From Phoronis australis (lineage: Eukaryota > Animalia > Phoronida), in assembly GCA_002633005.1 (NCBI GenBank), contig NMRA01000651.1, positions 56,096-120,095 on the forward strand: a stretch of 64,000 bases of DNA, in the 5' to 3' direction. Both the position numbers and the translations under genes were made by a program. Shown here in pieces: positions 11,881-23,834 of the stretch (position 1 is its first letter; each line of letters begins with the position of its first letter). The notes beneath the pieces were generated by a model. It had not been told where the DNA came from. It searched no databases and saw nothing but the letters and a program-made list of their open reading frames with translations.

Positions 11881-12444
11881 TGTTCAAATTACATTCAGGC
11901 CACAATACAGAGGAATTCAATGTGTTCTTTTTAAATTGCAGTCACGTCACAATACAGAAGAGTTCAATGTGTATTGTTCAAATTGCAGTCCCGTCACAAT
12001 ACTGAAGAATTCAATGTGTTCTGTTCAAGTTACAGTCATGTCACAAAACAGAAGAATTCAATGTGTTCTGCTCAAGTTATAGTCACATCACCATACAGAA
12101 GAATTCAGTGTGGTCTGTTCAAATTGCAGTCACATCACAATACAGAAGACTTCAATGTGTTCTGTTCAAATTACAGTCATGTCACAATACAGGAGAATTC
12201 AGTGTGTTCTGTTCAAATTACAGTCATGTCACAATATAGAAGAATTCAGTGTGTTCTGTTCAAATTACAGTCATGTCACAATACAGGAGAATTCAGTGTG
12301 TTCTGTTCAAATTACAGTCATGTCACAATATAGAAGAATTCAGTGTGTTCTTTTCAAACTGCAGTTATGCCACAATACAGAAGAATTTAATATGTCCTGT
12401 TCAAATTGCAGTCACGCCACAATACAGAAGAATTTAATGTGTTC
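11881..12444 (+). repeat. 47-bp minisatellite x12 spanning the intron 2 / exon 3 junction of CPSF2
   Basis: Unit tgttcaaattgcag|tcacgtcacaatacagaagaattcaatgtgttc (14 nt intron + 33 nt exon). Units start at 11881 + 47n. Confidence 0.95.
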
Positions 12445-12647
12445 ACGCTGGACGATGTGGACGCAGCTTTTGACAAAATCGTCCAGTTAAAGTATTCTCA
12501 GACAATATCGCTTAGAGGCAAAGGCCACGGCCTCCAGATCACTCCGCTTCCAGCAGGTCACATGATTGGGGGGACACTGTGGAAGATTGTCAAGGATGGA
12601 GAAGAGGAGATTGTTTATGCGGTGGATTATAACCACAAGAAGGAAAG
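12412..12647 (+). CDS. CPSF2: CPSF2 coding exon 3
   Basis: ttgcag| [78 protein letters not shown] |gtgagt. 236 nt. The acceptor lies in the last unit of a 47-bp tandem array. Confidence 0.95.
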
Positions 12648-13740
12648 GTGAGTTGCTCTTATTCCACAAATCTGCTGTGTGTGAAACTTTCAGTGGTTTT
12701 GTGTTTCCATAAATCAATCACTTTTTTACATCTTTGAAATACACTTTATTAGGGCTCTTGATTCTTGATAATTTAGAATTACTAATTCATTCGAATTTTG
12801 TTATCAACATTTGTCAATCCATGAAGGTGCAAAATGTGGTAGATGAAGATGCAAAACACTAAATTTGCTACTGGGTGGCACTGCAGTAGAGCAGTCCTAA
12901 AAGTAAAAGTTGACCACACCCTCTCTATAGGAACACATCTGCCTACTGTCATGATGACTATTCATGCGTTTTTTTCGTAGGGTTGCAGACATCAAAGAAA
13001 AAGGCTCAAAAATAATAAAAATCGCCACTAGAAGGTGCAAAAAGGGCGTAATCTATCTATTACTGGGCAGGTGGCATTGTTTGATTCTTAGAAACTTGGT
13101 AGCCAGTTTTCATGAAGGTCAATCAAAGAACTTGGTAGATATTGGGGCAGGTAAAAAATGCCACTAGAGGCTCTACTTAAGTCAGATTCTTCTTGTAATC
13201 AACAGCTACTGTGTTCTCCACAGTGGGAACGCATATACTAGTGGTTCGGCCTGTAGAGAGGTGGACGCCAAAACTGATTTGAAAATAACAAAAATAGCTA
13301 CTAAGGTACACAGAAAATGCTGAATCTGTTCAACATCGTTATTTCAATAGAAACCTGTTTGTCAAATTTCATAAATATTAACTTATCACACACCTGGTAG
13401 ATTCTTAAGTTTCCTTCTGATTTTCTCAGCTCCGACTGAATTCATCAGAGGTTGCACAGACTTGAAAAAAGCCAGCAGAGGCGGGCGAAACGTTGCCCTT
13501 CTTCCCAAATACGTTCAATAATGACTCATAATTTTCTGCATGTTATTCTCGTACTCAATGAGTCATAACATACATCGATTTTTTATAAAATCTGGTCTAG
13601 GAACCTGGCAAACGTCAAGAATAAAATTTCCACTAGGGGGCATAGTAGTATTAGGATGCATCCAAAAGTGCCCATCATCTGTCGTCAGCACGAAATGTTC
13701 TCCAGAGTCTGACTATTCCTTTTTAAGTTAATTTGATTTG

Positions 13741-14218
13741 ACACTAGGCATCAGTTGGTTTCATTAACAGTTTCAAGTCACATGGACACAAGACATCAGT
13801 AGCTGTCATTAACAGTTTCATGTCGCACGGACGCAAGACACCAGTAGGTGTCATTGACAGTTTCCCATCACACGGACACAAGACATCAGTAGGTTTCATT
13901 AACAGTTTCCCATCACACGGACACAAGACACCAGTGGGTTTCATTAGCAGTTTCAAATCACATGGGCACAAGACATCAGTAGGTTTCATTAACAGTTTCA
14001 CGTCACACAGACACTAGACATCAGTAGGTTTCATTAACAGTTTCAAGTCACATGGACACAAGACACCAGTAGGTGTCATTGACAGTTTCCCATCACACGG
14101 ACACAAGACATCAGTAGGTTTCATTAACAGTTTCAAGTCACATGGACACAAGACACCAGTAGGTGTCATTGACAGTTTCCCATCACACGGACACAAGACA
14201 CCAGTAGGTTTCACTAAC
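13741..14218. repeat. 45-bp minisatellite, ~10.5 copies
   Basis: Unit ~acaagacatcagtaggtttcattaacagtttcccatcacacggac; 15-aa periodicity in the ORF track. Confidence 0.92.
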
Positions 14219-14740
14219 AACAGGAAGTTACACTTCTCAGCCATGTCGCAGTCTCTGTGTCAACGGTTTATTGTTACTACAGGGGTGATTACACAATATT
14301 GACAAAAAAGCTGCTGGAAGTCTTTGGTTCACTATTTGACACTCCTGCTACTTAGGCTTGCTCGTATAAAACACAAGGTCTACTCCAAGTATTGTATAAG
14401 GCAATGTTTGATGGCATTACTGATGACAGATATTAGTTTGACATCTGTAACAGGCAACAATGCCGGGTAATTGGTGGCTAGGGGCGGAGGGAAGTGTTAG
14501 CGATGGACAAGGGTGGAATGATCGTGATGAATACAGGAAGGGAAGCTTTTCCCTTTGGAAAATCTCCTCTTCGAGAAAGTACAGGCACCCTTTCTGGTCA
14601 AGTGAGCAAGGGCCCCGCATTGAGTTGTGTGGTGAAATTAAATAATGGCGGTGCTGTGTACTATGTTACTTGACTTGTCTTCAAAATCTTCAAATTGGAT
14701 TGATTGTAATTCTGCCTATTCTTCTAATGTGTATTTGCAG

Positions 14741-14856
14741 ACATCTTAATGGTTGTGTCCTGGAGTCTATATCACGTCCGTCTATTCTCATCACAGACAC
14801 ATACAACGCCCTCTATACACAAGCTCGCCGAAAGCAAAGAGATGAACAGTTAATGA
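14741..14856 (+). CDS. CPSF2: CPSF2 coding exon 4
   Basis: tttgcag| (R)[38 protein letters not shown] |gtagga. 116 nt, phase 2 to phase 1. Confidence 0.94.
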
Positions 14857-15093
14857 GTAGGAAACACTGTCATTACTACCACCTCATGCTGTGTCTTCCT
14901 TGTAAAACCACATTTTTTGCATCTTATGTATTTTAACTGATATGGCGATTTCGAATTACTAGTTTTGCATGGTTACATGGTAAGCTAAATGAAGGTATTG
15001 CCTGTTCATTGCTTCTGTTTGTTTTGTGGCTATTGCTTAGGCTAGCGACGATGTCCCATTTCCTGTCAAAAACTGTTTTTTGTTTCATTGCAG

Positions 15094-15182
15094 CTAACAT
15101 CCTGTTGACCATGAGGAATGGTGGTAATGTCCTGGTGGCAGTGGATGCTGCTGGTAGAGTCTTGGAACTTGCACACTTATTG
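15094..15182 (+). CDS. CPSF2: CPSF2 coding exon 5
   Basis: ttgcag| (T)NILLTMRNGGNVLVAVDAAGRVLELAHLL |gtaggt. 89 nt. Confidence 0.94.
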
Positions 15183-17281
15183 GTAGGTGTTGTGTTTAGG
15201 AGTGCTCACTGTCTGGGGTGCTTTAGGGAACAATTATAGGATTGTAAGACATTTAGCCAAATGCTAGAGCCTGAAATTACTTGTTAGATAACGGCATATT
15301 GCAAAAATTTCAAACATTAGAATATCAAGCATTCCTAAAACTGGAAGTTGACGTCAAATAATCGTTTATTACAGGGTCTTCTTATGGTAACCTCTTCATT
15401 TATTTGTATCAGCTGTTGCACAACTTGTGTGTCGGTTCTTTGCTGTGGTAGTATACAGTGGATAATCTGTTTTAGAAACTTCTGGACAGTTTTTCATTCA
15501 TTGCGGGAATCTATTCAATGATAAGTGGCTTTGTAATTAGCACGCTTGAGTCACACAAGTGAAGATGGCCAGAGGAGTCTGGTTGATGCTAAGAAAAGGG
15601 TGACCTGTTTCCCTATCAAATGAATGTGCTAGGCTTGGGGCTTGACAACAGAAATGTGAACAAAAGTCTGTGACCACAAATCGAGTCCTATTCCGGCATA
15701 TCACACAGTAGTTGAGCCATGTGTCATCAACATGTGTTATTCATGAAGCCGTGAATTTCAACCATTTGGTTTTTATACATAATGGTGTTATGTTAATATA
15801 ATAATAATTGTATGCCTTGATATATGGTTAAACGTCTAAAACTCCTGGAATTTCCCTTTAATGGCCGATTACGTAGCTTTTATGAAACATTTTTGAAATA
15901 CCACTCAAAAACACATGGTGCATCATGTTTTTGAAAGTAACAGAATCTGAAAGTGTTTTGCAACATTTTGAAAACACAAGTTCTTTGAGGAGGAAGGGTA
16001 TGCCTTATTCTCCCTCTTCTTCAATATTCAGTTGCATGTCCACATCCTTATCTCCTTTTGTCTTCTTCATCACTGGTTAATTGTATATAACTCCACTTGT
16101 GACAGCTTATGCACTTACCATGTATAAACTTATGCGTCTCTCATCTGTTTTTCATTCATGATTCTGATTTATCGCCAAATTTCTTGCATCATTTCCACAA
16201 TGTTTAGAAACACGTTTTAGATAGTTGTGGAACTGTACCATAGTATACCCTGGCCTATAATAATGTGCTGTAAAGTGCATTCAAAATATGTTTTTGCAAA
16301 AATGTTATAGGACGGTGTAGACCAGGCTTGTATTTAATAAAGCATGTAGCTGGAGTGCTGGTGGAACTATCATACTGATTAGTGTGTGAAGCTAATCCGA
16401 TTACTTCTGTGCCTATTAGTGACAATTTTGTTTTGTTACATTTGCCATTATCTTCACAGTTCGTTTAGTATTTTTTATGAAATTTCACAAAAAGGTTGTC
16501 ATGATGCTTTTCCATGTGTGTTGTATTGTGCGCCATCTATTGGCCCACTGACTGCTTCTTCTGATGTCCCTGTAGGGAAGCCTAGTTGAATGATTGCAAG
16601 GTTTTCAATGTGACATGAGGCTCACGATTTTGTCACAATAAAGAACGAGTGCGAAACTAGGGTGGTTTTCACTGTTCATTGTGCATCAAGTCTCGGGCCC
16701 TAGATTTTAGTCCCATTGTAGAATTGTTTTGGCTTTAGACACGAAACCATCACTCAGATATTTTTGCATCTTCAAAAAACTATAAAAAGCCATTTCTCCC
16801 AACCCCTTGTCCTAGTGTGTTCGGAAGTTGCTCTGACATCGCTCTAAATTTGAGGTGTTCTCGATATGCATATTGGCGCAGTGCAGATCTGCGTACTATC
16901 ATTCTATATACTGTTTGGAATGCTGTTTTACTGCGAGGTTCTCTCTCAAGGCCGATTTGTCCTACGCTTCCATTTAATTGTTTCCAAATTTAAATGTTGT
17001 TACAATGGCATTGTGATCCTCAGATGTCCTTGCTCTGACACCCCCTGCTTTGCACAGGTACCAGCTAATTCCAATTGAATGTTAAAATAAATCCGATTTT
17101 GAGTTCAGTTAGATAGACTTGAGGGTAGCAAGTGCAACTTGATGTTTTACTGTGTGTAAACCTGAGTATAATGATACATCTTGTGGCTGTAACCTTTGTC
17201 ATATACAATTGTTTGAATTATTTAAATTTGTCTGCATTAGTCAAGTGTGATGATTGTTGAGTTGACCTTTCTTTTCAACAG

Positions 17282-17380
17282 GACCAACTGTGGAGGACCC
17301 CAGACTCTGGCCTCATGGCTTACAACTTGGCCCTACTCAACAATGTCAGTTACAATGTAGTAGAGTTTGCCAAGTCGCAG
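17282..17380 (+). CDS. CPSF2: CPSF2 coding exon 6
   Basis: ttttcaacag| [33 protein letters not shown] |gtacag. 99 nt. Confidence 0.95.
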
Positions 17381-17957
17381 GTACAGTATTTCACATATGG
17401 GCAGTTTGACAAGACATTGAATGTGTGCATATTGAGCCAAAAGGCAAAGTTACTTCTGGTCTTTGTTTCTTTGAAAACTGATTTGGTGATATGGCATTCT
17501 GTGTTGCTCATTTTTTTCAACAAAATCTACTGGAGGAGAGTGGTAGTGTTTGCTGGATTTTCTTTTGTTTGTCTGAAGACAACAGTTGATGTGGGCGGGT
17601 CCTTTATGTTTAAAATTGTGAGGCACGGGTTTCAAATTTAGCCTGGACACAGCCCTAAACCAACTACGCTTTTTGGCCCTCAAGGCTTTTTATTTTATGC
17701 AAATCTAACATGAGACAAAAGATTTTTTTCTTGTGAAAATTGCACTTCATCATTCCCCACATCAATATGTCATTCGGCCAGGAAATACAATGCTTCGAAG
17801 AAGTTTTTGGGAGGAAACTTTCAATCATTCAAGTTGCAAAATTTTAACTGTGCGTAAACAAGGGAGGGAATTTGGGCTTTCATTTATCTAAGTTTGTAGA
17901 GTTGTATCAATATTACTGTTATTATGATTATAATTATTAATATTGTTTTTATATCAG

Positions 17958-18080
17958 GTTGAGTGGATGAGTGACAAGATTATGAGGTCGTTTGAAGACA
18001 ACCGTAACAACCCTTTCCAGTTTAAACACATGCAGCTGTGCCACAGTTTAGCTGAACTGGCGAGAGTGCCAGAACCCAAG
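17958..18080 (+). CDS. CPSF2: CPSF2 coding exon 7 (last exon found in window; gene incomplete here)
   Basis: atatcag| [41 protein letters not shown] |gtgagc. 123 nt. The next expected segment (VVLAS.PDL.CG) was not found. Confidence 0.95.
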
Positions 18081-18252
18081 GTGAGCTGTAGTACTAGTGA
18101 TTGAGGTGAGCTGTAGTACTAGTGATTGAGGTGAGCTGTAGTACTAGTGATTGAGGTGAGCTGTAGTACTAGTGATTGAGGTGAGCTGTAGTACTAGTGA
18201 TTGAGGTGAGCTGTAGTACTAGTGATTGAGGTGAGCTGTAGTACTAGTGATT
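18081..18252 (+). repeat. 25-bp perfect minisatellite x6.9 starting at the exon 7 donor
   Basis: gtgagctgtagtactagtgattgag repeated identically. Confidence 0.97.
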
Positions 18253-18712
18253 AAACAACTGGAATGATGAGTGGAATGAGCAGTCACTGGCCATTTTTGG
18301 AATGTTTTCAATGAGGGTAGCTTCATCAGAGCTTTCTCTCTTTTTTCTCAGACATCACATCACATTCAGACCATGTGCACTTTAGTTAAAACCGGACACA
18401 AGGAGGCAGAACAGAATGTAAGCAATTCTTGAGTAAGTCTGATACAAGATTCAAACCTACACCCAGGCCAAACCACTGCGCTATGCTATCCTTGTAGTGT
18501 TGGAAATGCAAGCGCTGCAGAAGAGAGGCAGTTAAGTCTGAAGAGACTCATCCTTCTGGGTACCGGTACATTGCATTGGATCTGCTGTCTGCGTTTCCTG
18601 CCTTTTATTCAATCTGCTCTATTTGAACTCAAAAGTTGTGTTCTAATTTTTAGTGATTTTAACTCTACAGAGTTTTCCATGGCAGCTGTTGTAAGAAGTA
18701 GCTGAAACACAT

Positions 18713-19080
18713 CAAATCTGAGCACAAGCAATTTCACACAAATGACCTCCAAATCTGAACACAAGCCATTTCACACAAATGACCTCCAAATCTGAACACA
18801 AGCCATTTCACACAAATGACCTCCAAATCTGAACACAAGCAATTTCACACAAATGACCTCCGAATCTGAATATAAACCACTTCACACAAATGACCTCCAA
18901 ATCTGAACACAAACTACTTCATACAAATGACCTCCAAATCTGAATACAAGCCATTTCACACAAACTTCCAAATCTGATCACAAGCCATTTCACACAAATG
19001 ACCTCCAAACCTAAACACAAAACGTTTCACATGAGTATCTCCAAATCTGAGCACAAACCATTTCACACAAATGACCTCCA
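18713..19080. repeat. 37-bp minisatellite, ~10 copies
   Basis: Unit caaatctgaacacaagccatttcacacaaatgacctc. Confidence 0.92.
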
Positions 19081-19634
19081 AAATCAGAAGAGAAGCTAGT
19101 ATTGTGATGGAAGCAGACACCATATTTATATATGACCTTCGTTGACCTCCTGATTTCTTGGTCGCATGTTACTTGAGCTGGAGTTTACTGGCTGTTATGA
19201 ATCAAAATCAAAGGCATGTAAATTATATGTAAAATTTTCTTCAAAGATCAGAAGCATTTTAAACCTGCAAAAGCCACTTGTTCACAGAATTGTAGAATGT
19301 CTGCAACTTCGTGTCTGCTTATCTTGGATGGTGTATTCTTCCTGAATCAGTATCAGTGTTTCCATTAATTTGATGATCTTTTGTGGCAAATTGATAATTG
19401 ATAAAATATCTGAGAAGATGAACACGAATTTCCTCAAAAGACAAGTTAGTATGTTAGATTTTTGTGTTTGATGAGTGGTTCTGATGACTCAGTAAACTAT
19501 TGCAGAAGGTCCCATGTATGAGGCCAGCTTGGGACAAAAACCGTTTTAAATCAGGTGGTACAAGAATGTTAACTCTGTTAAGGTATCTAATACCATGTGT
19601 ACATGTACTAAATGAATTGGCTCTGGTCATTCGT

Positions 19635-20010
19635 GATTGACTGAAATCTTTATTTATAGTGGGTAGCCTGTTGTCTCATAGGCTCCACTCAAAACCATGC
19701 TTAAAATAAGTACATAACACATGAAAGGCACGGAATAAATACTCACTAGAAAATAAATAAAAATAAATACATATACCAATTAACGAAAAACACTGTAAAA
19801 ACAAAAACAAGTAAAGCAGTAGAAATAAAGGAAGACACTGAAAAGATTAAATGAAAGACAAAAAATTCAAGTTATATTGAAAATAATTAAAAATGAGATA
19901 AATAGTAAATGAGTATGGTAAATATAAAAATTGTTGAATGAATTTGTGGTGGATACCTGTTCTCCATGTTTTCTCTTCCAATGCTGCACCTTTGTTTAAG
20001 GCATTACGTT
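19635..20010 (-). mobile_element. Probable 3' tail of a LINE (T-rich 3'UTR, small hairpin, AATAAA)
   Basis: The minus strand reads a T-rich tract, an agcct..aggct hairpin, then aataaagatttcagtcaatc. Architecture is similar to the LINE tail at 4230-4409. No clear ORF. Confidence 0.35.
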
Positions 20011-21120
20011 CATCATCTACACAATGTTATTTGTGGCTAACCTCTTCTATGCTAGTTAACCTCCGTTTAAACCATTGATCGACAAGGGGGCCAATATGGA
20101 CATCAGAAGGTGATAAGACTATTCAGGGGGTCGCTAATAACCACCATCAGGTCGACTGAGGATCGGTGACATTTCATGGGGGTTGATGAATTAATTGTGA
20201 AAGATCTTTTAGTATTTGGCAGTAAAAATGACAGTTTGTGGACCAGCCATCAATTTTTTCAAGATCATCAACCAAAACTAAGTATTATTACTCTTTTCAA
20301 AGGTATGTCAAATTTCAGTCATAGGACCTGCTTTTACTAGACATTAGATGGCGTTCAAAAACAGCCATTGGTCTTTGCGCATGTTCTTCGCTGCCAACTG
20401 AAGCTTGCGTCTGTCATTGTTTTTCCCTTGTTAGATTTATTTTCAATATTCAATATATTCAGTATTTCCGGTTATTGTCAGAATATCTTTAATGTATAGA
20501 ATTTACTTAATTATTTTTGAACTTCAATGTTCATTGTTAGTCAGTCTTTGAACAATGGAAAATTCCTGTTTTGTCTTATTATGTTTGAGTGAAATAAGTG
20601 AAGAATCAGTGAATATCCGATGCTCTGGTGCTTATTAAGTCAAGCCAAGTGTAATATAATATGTGAGTGAAGTTTGAGTCATTAGTTACAGTTGTGGTAA
20701 TAAATTTCACAATGCAAAGAACGAATAAGGAATACACAAAGCACATCCTCGAGTTTAGAAATGCAGCTGTGCCTTGGTGTGAAGCTTAGGCATTTGTGCC
20801 TCTGTGCGCTATGTATGTCTTCCAACACAATAATCAACTTTGGTTTAGATCTCTTATTATTTGGACATTGGTCTCAAACTTTTCCTTAGAAAATCTAGAG
20901 ATGATTTCATGGCTTCGAAAGAACTGACAATTTGTTGCTGCTTGAGATCAGGCTCTACAGTTGGTTTTGTCATGACATGTCATTTTATGCACTGAGCTTG
21001 GTCTCTACAAATAGTGAGCTGTCAGTTCTTTGCAAATTGTCAAATTACTTCTGATCTGAGCAAGGAAGAAGTTAAGACCAAGTTTATTGTGGCAGGAAGT
21101 ATAAAGGAAAAGTTCAGTTC

Positions 21121-21510
21121 TTGGATGGAACACAAGCTTATATCTACTTTGAAGTAACACAAGCTTATAGCTACTTTGAAGTAACACAAGCTTATAGCCA
21201 CTTGGATGGAACACAAGCTTATAGCTACTTTGAAGTAACACAAGCTCATAGCTACTTGGATGGAACACAAGCTCATAGCTACTTTGAAGTAACACAAGCT
21301 TATAGTCACTTTGAAGTAACACAAGCTTATAGCCACTTGGATGGAACACAAGCTTATAGCCACTTTGAAGTAACACACGCTTATAGCCACTTTGAAGTAA
21401 CACACGCTTATAGCCACTTTGAAGTAACACACGCTTATAGCCACTTGGATGGAACACAAGCTTTCAGCCACTTTGAAGTAACACACGCTTATAGCCACTT
21501 TGAAGTAACA
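21121..21510. repeat. 27-bp minisatellite, ~14 copies, two interspersed variants
   Basis: cacaagcttatagccact + (ttgaagtaa | tggatggaa); 9-aa periodicity in the ORF track. Confidence 0.92.
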
Positions 21511-22859
21511 TTTGCATTCAGTGATTATGTCATCATTTCACTTCTTGGGTTCTTTTAACTACATCTTATAGTCTAGTTAGCTAACATACATGCTACCTCA
21601 TTCTGATGGCCAATGTTTTTGCACTGTTGTGCTGAGGGTGTCAATGCCTGAAAATCAAAAGAAATTCACAGTTGAGACACTTTTCTGGCTTTTTTCATTT
21701 ATCTTTGCATGATTTTAATCACGGAACTTGACGTTTCAATTAGGAAGTTGCAATGAAAACCTTTTGATATGAATTTGCATCCATCAATTTATAGATTTCT
21801 AACTTATTTTGTTGATCAAATCCTAGAACTTGGTTAAAAGTCCTTTTATGCTCCCACTTAAATATATGTGGTTACTTATTGTTGTCATCCTGTCGAGTGA
21901 GTTGTCCGCTTGATATGTCAAAAGTGCCCTCCTCTTATCTTGATGACATTTGACACTAGGGTGTAAGGCATCACTAGACTGGTGCGTGCTATTTTTCAAT
22001 CAGCCCTGCCCTTCCCAGAGCTACAGGAATAGAGATTTTCAATGTTTTTGGGTGAAGAATGTTTTCAGAAGATATTCAGATAAATTATGGATGGACTTCA
22101 ATGAAACCAAACACAAGTGGTATCTGATGACAACGTGCTGTCACCAGTTGATTTTCCATGAGATTTTACAGCTGCAGTACCCCCTGTTGCCCATTTTATT
22201 TTTGCCAATTAACTTTTTCAGTATTTGTTTGGAGAAGAGCATTTCTGGATAATATCTACAGAATCTATTGTCGAATGAAAGGTGACATAGACTTATGTGA
22301 TAGCAATGCACCATTTTTGGGCAGATTTGACTGTTGCAGCAACTCCTAGTGGTCATTTTGTTCTCGAAAGGGGCTTTTCAGTTCTTTTATAGGGATTAAT
22401 ATTTCTCGATGATATGTACACAACTGATGGAGAGATTGCAAAACACTTGAAGGAAAGGTAGAAAGGATATGATAGCAATGTGTCACCAGCAGATGATTTG
22501 CTGGCAAATTCAACCACTGCAGTACACCCTGGTGGCCATTTTTGTCTCTGTAATATTCTTTGAGTTCTCTTCGGGAATAACGTTTCTGATTTACGGATTT
22601 CAGGGAAACTTGACGCAGAGGTGTGTGATGGCCATGTGCCGGCACCAGTGGATTTTTGGGCATATAAGAATACCATAGCGCTTACTAGTTTTCATTTTGA
22701 TTTGTTATTCAGTTTTATGCTTGATTTATCAAAAATGCTTGGCTGTATTTTAATGAAAGTTGGCTCAGGTGTAGAACATCTGATTCACTTTTCAATTTAC
22801 TCTGCCCCTGGTTCCTGGGTGGTGGGGGTTTTCAGTATTTTTGAGGAAAGACTGCTTCT

Positions 22860-23201
22860 GATGATATCTAGAGAAGTACTGATTGACGGATTTCAATGGA
22901 TGATATCTAGAGAAGTACTGATTGACGGATTTGAATGGATGATATCTAGAGAAGTACTGATTGACGGATTTGAATGGATGATATCTAGAGAAGTACTGAT
23001 TGACGGATTTGAATGGATGATATCTAGAGAAGTACTGATTGACGGATTTCAATGGATGATATCTAGAGAAGTACTGATTGACGGATTTCAATGGATGATA
23101 TCTAGAGAAGTACTGATTGACGGATTTCAATGGATGATATCTAGAGAAGTACTGATTGACGGATTTCAATGGATGATATCTAGAGAAGTACTGATTGACG
23201 G
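22860..23201. repeat. 39-bp minisatellite, ~9 copies, running into assembly gap
   Basis: Unit gatgatatctagagaagtactgattgacggattt(c/g)aatg. Confidence 0.95.
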
Positions 23202-23834
23202 NNNNNNNNNNNNNNNNNNNNNNNNNNNNNNNNNNNNNNNNNNNNNNNNNNNNNNNNNNNNNNNNNNNNNNNNNNNNNNNNNNNNNNNNNNNNNNNNNNN
23301 NNNNNNNNNNNNNNNNNNNNNNNNNNNNNNNNNNNNNNNNNNNNNNNNNNNNNNNNNNNNNNNNNNNNNNNNNNNNNNNNNNNNNNNNNNNNNNNNNNNN
23401 NNNNNNNNNNNNNNNNNNNNNNNNNNNNNNNNNNNNNNNNNNNNNNNNNNNNNNNNNNNNNNNNNNNNNNNNNNNNNNNNNNNNNNNNNNNNNNNNNNNN
23501 NNNNNNNNNNNNNNNNNNNNNNNNNNNNNNNNNNNNNNNNNNNNNNNNNNNNNNNNNNNNNNNNNNNNNNNNNNNNNNNNNNNNNNNNNNNNNNNNNNNN
23601 NNNNNNNNNNNNNNNNNNNNNNNNNNNNNNNNNNNNNNNNNNNNNNNNNNNNNNNNNNNNNNNNNNNNNNNNNNNNNNNNNNNNNNNNNNNNNNNNNNNN
23701 NNNNNNNNNNNNNNNNNNNNNNNNNNNNNNNNNNNNNNNNNNNNNNNNNNNNNNNNNNNNNNNNNNNNNNNNNNNNNNNNNNNNNNNNNNNNNNNNNNNN
23801 NNNNNNNNNNNNNNNNNNNNNNNNNNNNNNNNNN
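23202..23834. other. Assembly gap (N run)
   Basis: Run of N. Confidence 1.

Noticed and set aside
18081-18252. CRISPR-like appearance of the short direct-repeat arrays
   Set aside because: Repeats are contiguous with no unique spacers, there are no cas genes, and the context is a eukaryotic intron.
21005-21558. Repetitive ORFs on both strands (also 39028-39687, 13744-14244, 31612-31993, 26494-27065)
   Set aside because: Stop-free frames of minisatellites; no splice or domain evidence.
22860-23201. Repeat peptide SREVLIDGFQW resembling the expected next CPSF2 exon (FSRDLFIQW)
   Set aside because: The similarity is superficial. The VVLAS.PDL.CG context and splice sites are missing.
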